DNA of 64,000 bases from Sedimentisphaerales bacterium (GTDB taxonomy: Bacteria > Planctomycetota > Phycisphaerae > Sedimentisphaerales > SM23-30). Where the stretch lies: NCBI GenBank assembly GCA_963663965.2, contig CAXXFK010000031.1:32001-96000 (forward strand), written 5' to 3'. The position numbers and the translations under genes are program-made. Positions 37,520 through 47,676 of the stretch are shown piece after piece (position 1 is the first letter of the stretch; the number at the start of each line of letters is the position of its first letter). The notes below the pieces were generated by a model. The model was not told the DNA's origin. It was given only the letters and a program-made list of their open reading frames with translations, and did no database searches.

Positions 37520-38464
37520 ATGTTTGACGAACCCAAACCATCTCAGTCCAATTTAGCAATCAAGATTAAACTGGCTGTTCTTGCCCTTATGTCACTCGGG
37601 ATATTTTATTACGCGTGGCAATGGGTACGACCAGCCAATCCGGCCCTGCCAGTTTCTATTGCAGGACATGTCAATATCGGGATGGCAGTAATAATCGCAA
37701 CAATTATTGGTATCATTCTAACGGTTATTGGATATAAAATCACAGGAAAGCATGGCCCCTATATTGCATTTCTTGGAATCCCTTTTGGATTAGGCCTGTG
37801 GAGTATTTTAGGCGGTAATGTAGAAGCGATCTTCGTGAGAATGGACAACCTGTCCGACCAGAAAGCCATTTACCTGCAATTTATTATTGAATCTATCTTA
37901 TGGTGTATCCCAGTATTAGCCGGTTTGATCGTGACCAACCTAATGATAATAAAACAAAGTAAAACAAATAACGATCTGAAGGAATCAGAAAGATTTATTG
38001 ATTTTTTGTCAGGAATAAAAAATTGGCAGAACCTTTTAAAAGCGACAAGTTTAACAGCCATTCTGTCAGTTATATTCCTTGTTATATTGTCCAAAGCCCA
38101 GTATGAAAAATTCATTCAACTTGATCACTCTGCGGTAAAGCTTTCTGTGGTAATCACTACTGGACAGGCGATATTCTCTATCGTTACATCCTTTTGTCTG
38201 GCCACCCTGATCGTGCATCAATTTTTTAGATTGGGGATAATTAATTTCTTTCCATCAATAATTTTAACATCTTTTATAATATACACTTATGGCAAATTTA
38301 TTCAGGGGGGAGATTCGGATAATATCCCGGCGGTTTTTGTGACACCCCATGGTGTTGTTTCCACGATTTTGCCCATTATCCTGGTTGCATTTGGGGTACC
38401 GGCTATTACGTGGGGTTACAGTCAGAGTTGTCAGATGTATAAGAGCCGAGAAAAAATTGTATAA
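37520..38464 (+). CDS. Hypothetical multi-pass membrane protein
   Basis: GGAG RBS; 314 aa with about 8 hydrophobic segments. Confidence 0.7.
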   Translation: MFDEPKPSQSNLAIKIKLAVLALMSLGIFYYAWQWVRPANPALPVSIAGHVNIGMAVIIATIIGIILTVIGYKITGKHGPYIAFLGIPFGLGLWSILGGNVEAIFVRMDNLSDQKAIYLQFIIESILWCIPVLAGLIVTNLMIIKQSKTNNDLKESERFIDFLSGIKNWQNLLKATSLTAILSVIFLVILSKAQYEKFIQLDHSAVKLSVVITTGQAIFSIVTSFCLATLIVHQFFRLGIINFFPSIILTSFIIYTYGKFIQGGDSDNIPAVFVTPHGVVSTILPIILVAFGVPAITWGYSQSCQMYKSREKIV

Positions 38465-38631
38465 AAAAATGACAAATAATGGAAATATCGTGAATTGAGT
38501 GTTATAAATAGGTAAAGGAGCTGGGAATAAAAGAATTAATGAACTCAGTTGGGCGCAGAGCATCTTACGGCAGATCTTTTGATCTGAACCATGGATAGAT
38601 GCAAACCGTACAATCTGATCTTATGTGTGAG

Positions 38632-38668
38632 GCTTGCCGGCATGATAAGAAATTGCCGGCAAGTTTTT
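38632..38668 (+). terminator. Hairpin/terminator just downstream of the ackA stop
   Basis: GCTTGCCGGCA-11 nt-TGCCGGCAAGT followed by TTTT on the + strand. Confidence 0.6.
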
Positions 38669-39878
38669 ATTCGGGCTGGTCGCATTTAGCAGCTGAAATT
38701 ACTTTATATGTTTCCTGGGCAATGACTAACTCTTCATTTGTCGGGATACGGTAAACTTTGACGGTTGAATTGTCAGTAGTTAATTCAATATCATTTTTCA
38801 TATTTCGATGTTCATCCAACTTGGCGCCCAGATAAGATAGATTTCTGATAATGTCAGCTCGCAGACCTTTATCGTTCTCACCGACTCCGGCAGTTAAGAC
38901 AATGGCATCAACTCCATTTAAAGCGGCAGCATAAGCCCCGATATATTTGATGATCCGATACGCAAACGCTTCTAAAGCGACTTTGGCCCATTGATCGCCT
39001 TTGTTCGCCAATGCATGAACATCGCGCAGATCAGAATGTCCGGACAATCCCAGCATGCCGCTCTTCTTATTTAACAGGACATTGATGTCTTCAGTGGACA
39101 TATTTAAATTGTCCATCAGGTATAGGATGGCAGCAGGATCAATATCTCCACTTCGGGTGCCCATTATGATGCCTTCCAAAGGGGTCATCCCCATGGAGGT
39201 ATCTATTACTTTGCCGTTTTGAAATGCCGTAATCGAACCTCCATTTCCTATATGACAGGTAATAATGCGGCATTGATCAAAGGGTTTCCCCAGTCTTTCG
39301 GCTGCCTTTTTCGCCACATAACCGTGACTGGTGCCATGAAAACCATATTTGCGAACGCCATATTGTTTGTAGTACATAAGGGGGATCGCATAGAGATAGG
39401 CTTTGGGCGGCATGGTCTGATGGATTGCGGTATCGAACACCGCCACATTGGGAATATCGCCCAGAGTTGCCTGGCAGGCTTCGATACCGATGACGTTTGG
39501 GGGATTATGAAGGGGGGCCAAATCGAAACGATCTTTAATCGCTTTGATTACTTCAGCCGTAATCAGTGTTGAATCCGTAAAGGCTTCTCCACCATGAACA
39601 ACCCGGTGGCCGACACCTTCAATTTCACTTAAATTCCGGATTACGCCATATTCCTCATGCAGTAATGCATTTTCGATCGCCTTCATGGCCACCGCATGAT
39701 CGGGAATATCAATTTTCTCGGTGATTTCGCTTCCTTTGGCCTCATGGATGATCGATGAATCTTTCAAGCCGATTTTTTGAACAAGCCCTTTGGCAATCTG
39801 GTTAAATCCGGAACTATCAATATCAAACATCTGATATTTTATACTGCTTGATCCACAATTGATTACTAAGACTTTCAT
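38667..39878 (-). CDS. ackA: Acetate kinase
   Basis: VINCGSSSIKY, GHRVVHGG, APLHNP, YGFHGTSH, MGMTPLEG, TAGVGEN, PTNEE. Confidence 0.97.
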   Translation of the reverse strand: MKVLVINCGSSSIKYQMFDIDSSGFNQIAKGLVQKIGLKDSSIIHEAKGSEITEKIDIPDHAVAMKAIENALLHEEYGVIRNLSEIEGVGHRVVHGGEAFTDSTLITAEVIKAIKDRFDLAPLHNPPNVIGIEACQATLGDIPNVAVFDTAIHQTMPPKAYLYAIPLMYYKQYGVRKYGFHGTSHGYVAKKAAERLGKPFDQCRIITCHIGNGGSITAFQNGKVIDTSMGMTPLEGIIMGTRSGDIDPAAILYLMDNLNMSTEDINVLLNKKSGMLGLSGHSDLRDVHALANKGDQWAKVALEAFAYRIIKYIGAYAAALNGVDAIVLTAGVGENDKGLRADIIRNLSYLGAKLDEHRNMKNDIELTTDNSTVKVYRIPTNEELVIAQETYKVISAAKCDQPE

Positions 39879-39921
39879 TTTCTAAGCCCTTAAATTATAG
39901 TGCTTTAAATAGATTTGGCAG

Positions 39922-40917
39922 TCAGGATCCCTGAATAGCGGTAATCGCAATAGTCGCAACGATATCTTCAGCGGTACAACCGCGAGACAGATCGTTAACC
40001 GGTTTGGCAACTCCTTGAAGAATGGGGCCATATGCATTGAATCCACCTAATCGCTGTGTCACTTTATAGCAGATATTGCCGGCACCTAAATCAGGAAAGA
40101 TGAATACATTTGCCTTTCCTTTTAATGGACTGTTGGGCGCTTTGGAAGCGGCTACTGACGGGACAAACGCAGCATCAAATTGCAATTCTCCATCGATTTC
40201 ATAATCCCCATCAAAATTCTCAGCCAACTTTTGTCGTGCAATTTCAGTCGCTTTGATCACTTTAGCGGCGCCATCTCCCTCAGCTGAACCGCGAGTGGAA
40301 TAACTTAACATGGCAATTTTGGGATTCAAGCCAAACTGTTTTGCCGTTCTTGCGGTTGAAAGAGCAATGTCCGCCAATTGCTCCGCATCCGGTTCAATAT
40401 TTAATCCACAATCTGAATACAGATAAGTCTCCTCTCCGCGACACATAAAAAACATACTGGATACGGTATTCAGGCCAGATGCTGCTTTTATAATTTGCAG
40501 AACTGGTCGGATCGTGTCCGATGAAGAATGAGCAGCGCCGGCAACCATGCCATGAACATCGTCGCATTTAAGCATCATAGTGCCAAAATACATTTCATCT
40601 TTACAGATTTCCGTGGCTTTTTCGCAGGTCATCCCTTTGGATTTCCGGAGTTCATAAAAAAGGCTGGCATAATCAGTTAATTTTCCAGACGTTTTGGGAT
40701 CAATAATTTCTATACCTGATTTTGGCGCCTTAATATCTACCAAACCTGATTCAATGGTGTTAACATTTCCGAGAAGTGTTATTTTGGCCAGCTTTGTTTC
40801 AGCAGCAATTTTAGCCGCCTGCTGCATACGAGGATCTTCGCCTTCGGGTAACACAATATGCTTAGGATCGCTTGAAGCCTTATCAATTATAAATGTTTTA
40901 AATTTTTCTTTACTCAT
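39922..40917 (-). CDS. pta: Phosphate acetyltransferase
   Basis: IVLPEGEDPR, AMLSYST, DGELQFDAA, FPDLGAGNICYK, PVNDLSRG. Confidence 0.96.
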   Translation of the reverse strand: MSKEKFKTFIIDKASSDPKHIVLPEGEDPRMQQAAKIAAETKLAKITLLGNVNTIESGLVDIKAPKSGIEIIDPKTSGKLTDYASLFYELRKSKGMTCEKATEICKDEMYFGTMMLKCDDVHGMVAGAAHSSSDTIRPVLQIIKAASGLNTVSSMFFMCRGEETYLYSDCGLNIEPDAEQLADIALSTARTAKQFGLNPKIAMLSYSTRGSAEGDGAAKVIKATEIARQKLAENFDGDYEIDGELQFDAAFVPSVAASKAPNSPLKGKANVFIFPDLGAGNICYKVTQRLGGFNAYGPILQGVAKPVNDLSRGCTAEDIVATIAITAIQGS

Positions 40918-41385
40918 TTTACTACCTAGTCAAAAAAAATGCCATCTGTTAAATTTTCGTAACACCAACATATTAATAAAGTTATATGATTATTTAAGCT
41001 GAAGAAGCCTATTAAGAGCGTATGAGTGTTAAGAGAGGATAAATTTCAAAGGGAATGGGGCAAACTGGGCAGACCAATAACATTCCTGAGGGATTCAATA
41101 AAAAACAACTACAACGTCTTTGACTCATAAAAGTATTAAAAAAAATAAATTACGTACAAAATAGTATGGTCATATTCAACTCAGTTCAAGACTTTTTTAG
41201 TTTAAAGCATTGAAATTTTTATTATATTAATCGGTATTTACAAAATACGGATTTATCATATTTGATTTAACTAGATATTTTTAGGTGGCAATTGAAATTA
41301 ACCGTTTCCAAGATTCAGAGGAAAGCAATTTCGTTTGAATCGACAGATTTGTCAGAAAAAGCCAGTCTGGCGGGGCATATCTGGA

Positions 41386-41413
41386 TTGACAAAGGGGGGA
41401 TTTTATGTAAAAT
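41386..41413 (+). promoter_or_regulatory. Putative sigma70 promoter
   Basis: TTGACA-16 nt-TAAAAT, 100 nt before ATG 41513. Confidence 0.55.
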
Positions 41414-41512
41414 AATAAATTGCTCATAGTTATGTCAAGTCGCTTAATTTTCCTCCTGCGGCTTTTGTTTAGTCCTGCAAAGTTATCCAGCCTTATTTAA
41501 CAGGAAATTCGA

Positions 41513-43237
41513 ATGAAATCTCAGGTCCATCTCTGTAATGTTCTGTTTTCTATATCACTTTTGGCTGCCGGATTTATCATTCTTTCCGGGTGCGATGACA
41601 CACCCGAAAATGAAGCACGTAAAACAAATATTGAAAGTATCAACAAGGCTCAGCGTACTATTCGCTCCAGCAATGACAATATATTACTGAAAGAAAATGA
41701 AATTCAAGCAGCCGCACGTTCAAAAGTTGATGATTTCAGTGTTACGGTGGAAGCGCTCAAAGAAAGATCACGAACTTCCGGGCAAAACGTCGCTGAAAGG
41801 CTAAAGGCGGGTGAAAGCAATTTAAGCGAGCTGGAAGCAATTTTTAGTGATATCGAGAAACTCCGTCAGGAAATTACTACAGAAGGCGAACTGGCCTTTT
41901 TGAAAAAACTTGAAGAGGCCGCCAATGGTATGGTTATTCACGCCAATCAACTCAATGAATTATCAATCGAAGACAGTCAGAAACGGTTAGATCAGGCCCG
42001 CAAACTTCTTGAAGACGCTGAGAGGAATGCCCGCATGATTAAAACCAGCCGAAACGATATGGAATATTTGTCTGCACCGGAATCAGCTCTTGGTACTTTG
42101 CAAACAATTTACGCCAGAAGAAATGCCAGCCTGATGGACATGGCATATAACAATCTGCAAACCTGGCTAATAAAATTCAATCATATACTCAGCATATATT
42201 TACAGCAAAATAAACTGGCATCCATACAGGAGACTCTGAAGCCAACCTATATGGTAAATCTGGGTGAGGGGGGGCAAACCAATACTATCAACCAATTAGT
42301 GGCCATACAAAAAGATTCAGAAGCTCAGCTTGCAAGTGTAACGGGTGAAATTGCAAAACTCGAAAACGAGATCAGTAATCAAACAGAAACGATGACGGCG
42401 TTAATAAGCAAGGCCCGTCAATTGCGAAGCGAATATTTAAAGATTATCGCCCAAGCAGATGATGCCAAGGGCCAGGAACGGTTTGATTTAAAAAAAGCCG
42501 CATATAATATTGAAATTGGTGACGATGGCCAGGGATGCATTTATTATGAAACACAGGTGGAACTTGCAGAAAGAAAATTAACTGATCTTAAGAGCAAGCA
42601 AGAATATCTGACTAACCGTCAGAAAGAAATAGCGGAATCACTTAAAAAATTAACAGACTCTATTCAGACACTTCAAAATTCTCCCACAACAACAACCGCA
42701 ATTGATACCATGGCGAAGCATTATTCTGATCAGGCGGAAAAAAGTTTAGAAGAACTTAAATCATTCATTCAATCGATAACAAAAGCAGAGGAAGAATATG
42801 GCCAGGTTCGCGTCGCCGCTATTGCCGCATATGAGGAAGCAAGAGCAAAATTTGATAAAGCCGGCAATGGTGTTTCCGGGCGTTTTTATAGTGATTATTG
42901 CTCACATATGATAAATACCATAAAACTGGAAATGGCACAGTTATGGCGTCAGGATGCGGCCTATTACGAAAGCATTTTAAATGTAATGGATTTGGATCTT
43001 GGCCCTCAAAATGAAGTGATTCGCACAATTACCAGCGGACTTTTTGCGAAAAGCCAGAATCTGGCTCAACAGGCAATCATGGCTTCAGAAGATGAACAAT
43101 TAAAGGTTGAAGAAAATAATCCCGTTCCCGGCGCCAACATGGGTAATTCACCAGCTATGGATGAAACCATGGGAAACACCAATATGGATGCAACCCTTAA
43201 CGGCATGGAAGAAGAAAATTCGAACCAGAATTTCTGA
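41513..43237 (+). CDS. Hypothetical coiled-coil lipoprotein
   Basis: Lipobox ILSGC; long E/K/Q/L-rich heptad-like body. Confidence 0.7.
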   Translation: MKSQVHLCNVLFSISLLAAGFIILSGCDDTPENEARKTNIESINKAQRTIRSSNDNILLKENEIQAAARSKVDDFSVTVEALKERSRTSGQNVAERLKAGESNLSELEAIFSDIEKLRQEITTEGELAFLKKLEEAANGMVIHANQLNELSIEDSQKRLDQARKLLEDAERNARMIKTSRNDMEYLSAPESALGTLQTIYARRNASLMDMAYNNLQTWLIKFNHILSIYLQQNKLASIQETLKPTYMVNLGEGGQTNTINQLVAIQKDSEAQLASVTGEIAKLENEISNQTETMTALISKARQLRSEYLKIIAQADDAKGQERFDLKKAAYNIEIGDDGQGCIYYETQVELAERKLTDLKSKQEYLTNRQKEIAESLKKLTDSIQTLQNSPTTTTAIDTMAKHYSDQAEKSLEELKSFIQSITKAEEEYGQVRVAAIAAYEEARAKFDKAGNGVSGRFYSDYCSHMINTIKLEMAQLWRQDAAYYESILNVMDLDLGPQNEVIRTITSGLFAKSQNLAQQAIMASEDEQLKVEENNPVPGANMGNSPAMDETMGNTNMDATLNGMEEENSNQNF

Positions 43238-43362
43238 TGGATGGTTGTTTGAGTGGAAGATGTAAATCTGTTACACTTTGCCGGGCAGAGTGTTTGTTAT
43301 TCATTGATTTTGTATTGATTTAAATCCAAACGGTCCGGATAACTAATGAAAATAACGGATTC

Positions 43363-44310
43363 ATGGCGGCTATAAGTAATGATAAAATGATCCTGATTAT
43401 CGGTTGTACAGCTAGTGGGAAAAGTAAGCTTGCGGCTGAATTGGCCAGATTTTTAAGAACTTCAATCATAAGCGTTGACTCAATGAAGGTATACCGGCGT
43501 ATGGATATCGGCACGGCCAAGCCATCCAAAGAACAGCTTGCCGAGTTACAGCACCATATGATTGATATCATTGAACCATATGAATCCTTCAGTTTGGGTC
43601 GATATATAGAATTGACTGATCAAGTCATTGCTAATCTGAAAAACGGCAATAAAGGTCCGATAATCGCGGCAGGGGGTACAGCCATGTATTTACGGGGATT
43701 ACTGGAAGGGATTTTTGATGGCCCATCTGCGGATATTCAATTTCGAAATGAATTAATGCTGGAATCAGATAAACATGGATCCACTTATTTATACGAACGA
43801 TTAATCCACATTGATCCAGAAGCAGCCAGTAAAATCCATTATAACGATTTAAAACGTATTATTCGTGCGTTAGAAGTGTACCATTTAACGGGCAAACCGT
43901 TTTCTGAGTATCAGGTGCATTTTCGAAGTGGCAATTATCGTTATCCTTGGCAGATTATTGGAATCCGAAGAGAAAAAGAAGAAGCAAATAAGAGAATTAA
44001 TGCCAGAGTTAAAAAAATGGTAGAGTCCGGCTTATTTAACGAAGTCAGGCAGTTGCTTGATGAGCCCAATGGCATAAGCAAACAAGCCAGCCAGGCGGTT
44101 GGTTATGCAGAAGTCATTGATTATTTTAAAGGAAAATGCGAACGAGATGAAGCTATAGAAAAAATCAAAATAAATTCAAGACGGCTGGCAAAGCATCAAA
44201 GAACCTGGTTCAGAGGATTTATGGGAGTGAAGTGGTATGATATTCATTCGGAGACAAATATCAATAAATTAGCACTTAAAGTAATAGAAGATATTCAAAA
44301 AGATACTTGA
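43363..44310 (+). CDS. miaA: tRNA dimethylallyltransferase
   Basis: GCTASGKS, SVDSMKVYRRMDIGTAKP, GGTAMYL, AKHQRTWF. Confidence 0.96.
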   Translation: MAAISNDKMILIIGCTASGKSKLAAELARFLRTSIISVDSMKVYRRMDIGTAKPSKEQLAELQHHMIDIIEPYESFSLGRYIELTDQVIANLKNGNKGPIIAAGGTAMYLRGLLEGIFDGPSADIQFRNELMLESDKHGSTYLYERLIHIDPEAASKIHYNDLKRIIRALEVYHLTGKPFSEYQVHFRSGNYRYPWQIIGIRREKEEANKRINARVKKMVESGLFNEVRQLLDEPNGISKQASQAVGYAEVIDYFKGKCERDEAIEKIKINSRRLAKHQRTWFRGFMGVKWYDIHSETNINKLALKVIEDIQKDT

Positions 44311-44463
44311 AACTGGATGAATCCATGCGAATGCAACATAATATATATTATGGGACCTTATGGGTGGTGTGTTCTTTAGGAAATGTTTGTATTTTAATTT
44401 AAAAGTATTCTTCCGTGCTAAACCGATTTACAATATATTACTAAGCTTAGAGACGACTATTTT

Positions 44464-45270
44464 ATGGAAAGACTACAGAAATTTATGGCAGATGCCGGCG
44501 TTGCTTCGCGTCGCCATTGTGAAGAAATGATCCGGGAAGGATTAGTAAGAGTCAATGGTCAAATCGTAACCCAATTACCTGTTTTAATCGATATTGATAA
44601 AGATCGTATTACCGTCGAGGGGCGACGAATCCGGCCTGTTACAAAAGTTTATTATTTGCTAAACAAACCCAAAAAAGTTGTCTGCACTAATTACGATCCG
44701 GTTAACAAAAGAAAACGGACGATTGATATTCTGGGCGGAGTATCCGAGAGAGTTTATCCGGTTGGCCGTTTAGATCAAGACTCACAAGGCCTGGTGCTTA
44801 TGACCAATGATGGTGATTTGGCCAATCATTTAATCCACCCCAGATATGGTGTGCCCAAAACATATATCGCAGAAATTCCACAGAAGATTGATGGGGCTGA
44901 TATTGAAAGGCTTAAAAAGGGCTTTTATGTCGAAAAGGGCGCTCGAACAACGATGGATCGTATCAAAATCATAAAACGCAGTCATACATTTACTGCGTTA
45001 GAAATCACCTTGCGTGAAGGTCGCAACCGTCAGATCCGGCGAATGCTTGCCAGACTGGGATACTCGATTAAAAACCTTACCAGGATTAAGTTTGGCCCCC
45101 TTTCATCCCGGGGATTAGGAGTCGGACATTACCGACAGTTAAAACCAGAAGAAGTAGCGGAACTTAAAAAGATTGCCAATCGCGCCGAAAAACAAGCGTC
45201 AGCACGCGATTTAAATGCTAAAATTAAAAAGAAACCCATTAAGACAACGCAACATAAAACGCCCAAATGA
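44464..45270 (+). CDS. rluB: rRNA pseudouridine synthase (RluB/RsuA family)
   Basis: MERLQKFMADAGVASRR (S4 domain), NKP, VGRLD, EGRNRQIRRM. Confidence 0.85.
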   Translation: MERLQKFMADAGVASRRHCEEMIREGLVRVNGQIVTQLPVLIDIDKDRITVEGRRIRPVTKVYYLLNKPKKVVCTNYDPVNKRKRTIDILGGVSERVYPVGRLDQDSQGLVLMTNDGDLANHLIHPRYGVPKTYIAEIPQKIDGADIERLKKGFYVEKGARTTMDRIKIIKRSHTFTALEITLREGRNRQIRRMLARLGYSIKNLTRIKFGPLSSRGLGVGHYRQLKPEEVAELKKIANRAEKQASARDLNAKIKKKPIKTTQHKTPK

Positions 45271-45274
45271 TATT

Positions 45275-46093
45275 ATGAATGATAAAGAATTCATCAAGTG
45301 GATGGCATTTCCGGGGATACTATTTTTTATCCTTATCGCAGGGGGGTGTCCCCCCCCACCTCCAAGATCTGGAGATCAACAAACGATTGTCACTTCAGAT
45401 CCAAAAATTCTTATTGAAACTGGTCGGTACTCAGAGGCAAAACAAGCGATCGATCACATGCTCCGCCAGCCTGGCCATAAATATCCATTAGATACTCTAT
45501 ATTATTTAAGCGGGTTATGTAATAGAAATCTGGAAAGCAATTCTGCGCATGCCATTATGGATTTCAACCGTGCTCTCCAGCACTCATCCAATACAGAGGT
45601 TGTTGTTCTGGCTAATATCGCATTGGGGCATATCTATTTCGAGGCGTCCAATCCAGAATATTCCCGTGCCATTCAATGCTATCGAAACGCATTAAAAAGC
45701 ATGGGGCAGATCCCTCCAAAGGATTTGATATTGTATCGGACCGGTAAAGCGCTTCAGAACCTGGGACAATTCGGCGAAGGACAAAAATATTACGACCAAT
45801 GCATTAAAGAATTTCCCAATTCGACTTACGCGGAGATGTGCCGTAATAACGAAGGAGCCGAATTCTTTGCGATTCAATTGGGTGTGTTCAGTACCGCAAC
45901 GCGAGCCAACCAGTACATACAAGCTGTTTCAAATACAGGTCTGAAAGCGACATCCGTGAAAATTATCAAGAATGGTAAAACGCTTTACGCAGTAAGGTCC
46001 GGTCGCTTCAACACCCAAGACGCGGCGAATGCTGCCCTGCTTACTGTTCGGCAGAAATGCCCTGATGCCATTGTAACACCATCGTCTAAATAG
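45275..46093 (+). CDS. Lipoprotein with TPR repeats and a C-terminal SPOR domain
   Basis: Lipobox IAGGC; TPR-like helices (..EFPNSTYA); FAIQLGVFS..YAVRSGRF. Confidence 0.75.
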   Translation: MNDKEFIKWMAFPGILFFILIAGGCPPPPPRSGDQQTIVTSDPKILIETGRYSEAKQAIDHMLRQPGHKYPLDTLYYLSGLCNRNLESNSAHAIMDFNRALQHSSNTEVVVLANIALGHIYFEASNPEYSRAIQCYRNALKSMGQIPPKDLILYRTGKALQNLGQFGEGQKYYDQCIKEFPNSTYAEMCRNNEGAEFFAIQLGVFSTATRANQYIQAVSNTGLKATSVKIIKNGKTLYAVRSGRFNTQDAANAALLTVRQKCPDAIVTPSSK

Positions 46094-47459
46094 GAATTAA
46101 TTCCGGGTTAGCGAACATGCATTTGGCTTGTCCTACGAGATAGAAACTGCCGGTAATACATATCAGATCGCCCGTATTTACCGCCGGGCGGGCAATCATC
46201 AGTGCTTCTTGCAGGGAACTGGCGGTCTGACACATCTTGCCACAAATCTCACTATAACGCTGGGCCAGATCTTCCGGATAGGCAGAACGAGGCGAATTTA
46301 CCCGGGTAAAGATGACTTTGTCCGCGCCATATTGCAGTTCATATAGCATTCCGTCAATATCTTTATCCTCACAGCAGGCAAAAATAACAACCATGGAATC
46401 ATAAGGGATATGCTGGCCTGTTGCCTGTATCAAAGCTTTGATACTGGCGGCATTGTGAGCGCCATCCACTAAAATCCGAGGATCATTCCAGATGATTTCC
46501 ATACGCCCCGGTAATTTTACGTTTGTTAATCCAATCATCGATTTACGGTCATCCAGTTTGAAGCCCCTGGATTTCAGACTATCCATTAAAGTCAGGGCCA
46601 ACCCACAATTAATGGCTTGATGTTCTCCCAACAGAGGAACAGGCAAATGTTCAAATCGACTGGCAGGGGTTGTCAGGCAAACGCGGTTATGAGGTCCCAG
46701 GGAACGAGAGGATTCAAATCGATAAGAAAAATCGATATCTTTGCCTGCGAATTTAAGAGGAGATCCAACCACCCCTGCTTCTCTTTTAAGAACACGCATG
46801 ATTTCGGCATCTTGTAATACTGAAAATGCCGGCACTCCTTTCTTGAATACTCCGGCTTTTTCTCGTGCAATTTTTGCAAGATTATTCCCTAACTGAGCCT
46901 GGTGATCCAGGCTTAAACTGGTAATACCAACCGCCTCGGGCATCAAAACGTTTGTGCTATCCAGGCGCCCCCCCATTCCAGTTTCAATAATATTAATGTC
47001 TGTTTTCTGAGTTGCGAAATACAGAAAAGCAATTGCCGTTAATATTTCAAAAAAGGTTGGCTTATCATCCACCATTTTTCGAATAACCAGTGACGCTTTT
47101 TTGACCATTTTGGTCATATCTTCTTCCGGGATCATTTCTCCATTGATACGGATACGCTCTCTTAAATCCACCACATGAGGCGAGGTATAAAGGCCAACTT
47201 TAAGATCATTGGCCATAAGCATTTCTGAAAGCATGGTGCATGTGGATCCCTTCCCTTTGGTTCCGGCAATATGGATTGTTTTAATAGTTTTATGAGGATC
47301 TCCCAATCCAGCCAGAAGCCGTTCCATGCGTTCTAGATTAAAGGTGTCTGTATTATATCGAACCCGTTTCGCCGTCTCGTAATTGGTATTACTAAAAAGA
47401 AAATTCAGGGCATCCGAATATTCTTTTATTGTCGACGGCCTCTTTTTGCAAATTGTCAT
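46086..47459 (-). CDS. folC: Folylpolyglutamate synthase/dihydrofolate synthase
   Basis: HIAGTKGKGST, YTSPH, ETGMGGRLDSTN, PGRME, DGAHN, TGSFYLVG. Confidence 0.93.
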   Translation of the reverse strand: MTICKKRPSTIKEYSDALNFLFSNTNYETAKRVRYNTDTFNLERMERLLAGLGDPHKTIKTIHIAGTKGKGSTCTMLSEMLMANDLKVGLYTSPHVVDLRERIRINGEMIPEEDMTKMVKKASLVIRKMVDDKPTFFEILTAIAFLYFATQKTDINIIETGMGGRLDSTNVLMPEAVGITSLSLDHQAQLGNNLAKIAREKAGVFKKGVPAFSVLQDAEIMRVLKREAGVVGSPLKFAGKDIDFSYRFESSRSLGPHNRVCLTTPASRFEHLPVPLLGEHQAINCGLALTLMDSLKSRGFKLDDRKSMIGLTNVKLPGRMEIIWNDPRILVDGAHNAASIKALIQATGQHIPYDSMVVIFACCEDKDIDGMLYELQYGADKVIFTRVNSPRSAYPEDLAQRYSEICGKMCQTASSLQEALMIARPAVNTGDLICITGSFYLVGQAKCMFANPELIPI

Positions 47460-47676
47460 TCGATGCTCTCAGTCTGATACACATAAGTTTTAGTGTACAA
47501 TTGTATCAATTAAAATACATAGAGCTATTATAACGGTAAAACCGAATTAATCAAGGATTTAATGCAAATAAAGAGATCGCCCAAAGACTCGTGCCGTCAT
47601 AAGAGATTGTTATATATAGCCTTATAAATATTGTAAAATAGCTGTAAATCAGCCTATTGGGCAGCCCTGGCAATAT

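Noticed and set aside
41413..41440. dif-like site (TTATGTCAAGT resembles a XerD arm)
   Set aside because: The left arm does not resemble a XerC arm (no ATAA before the 6-nt spacer).
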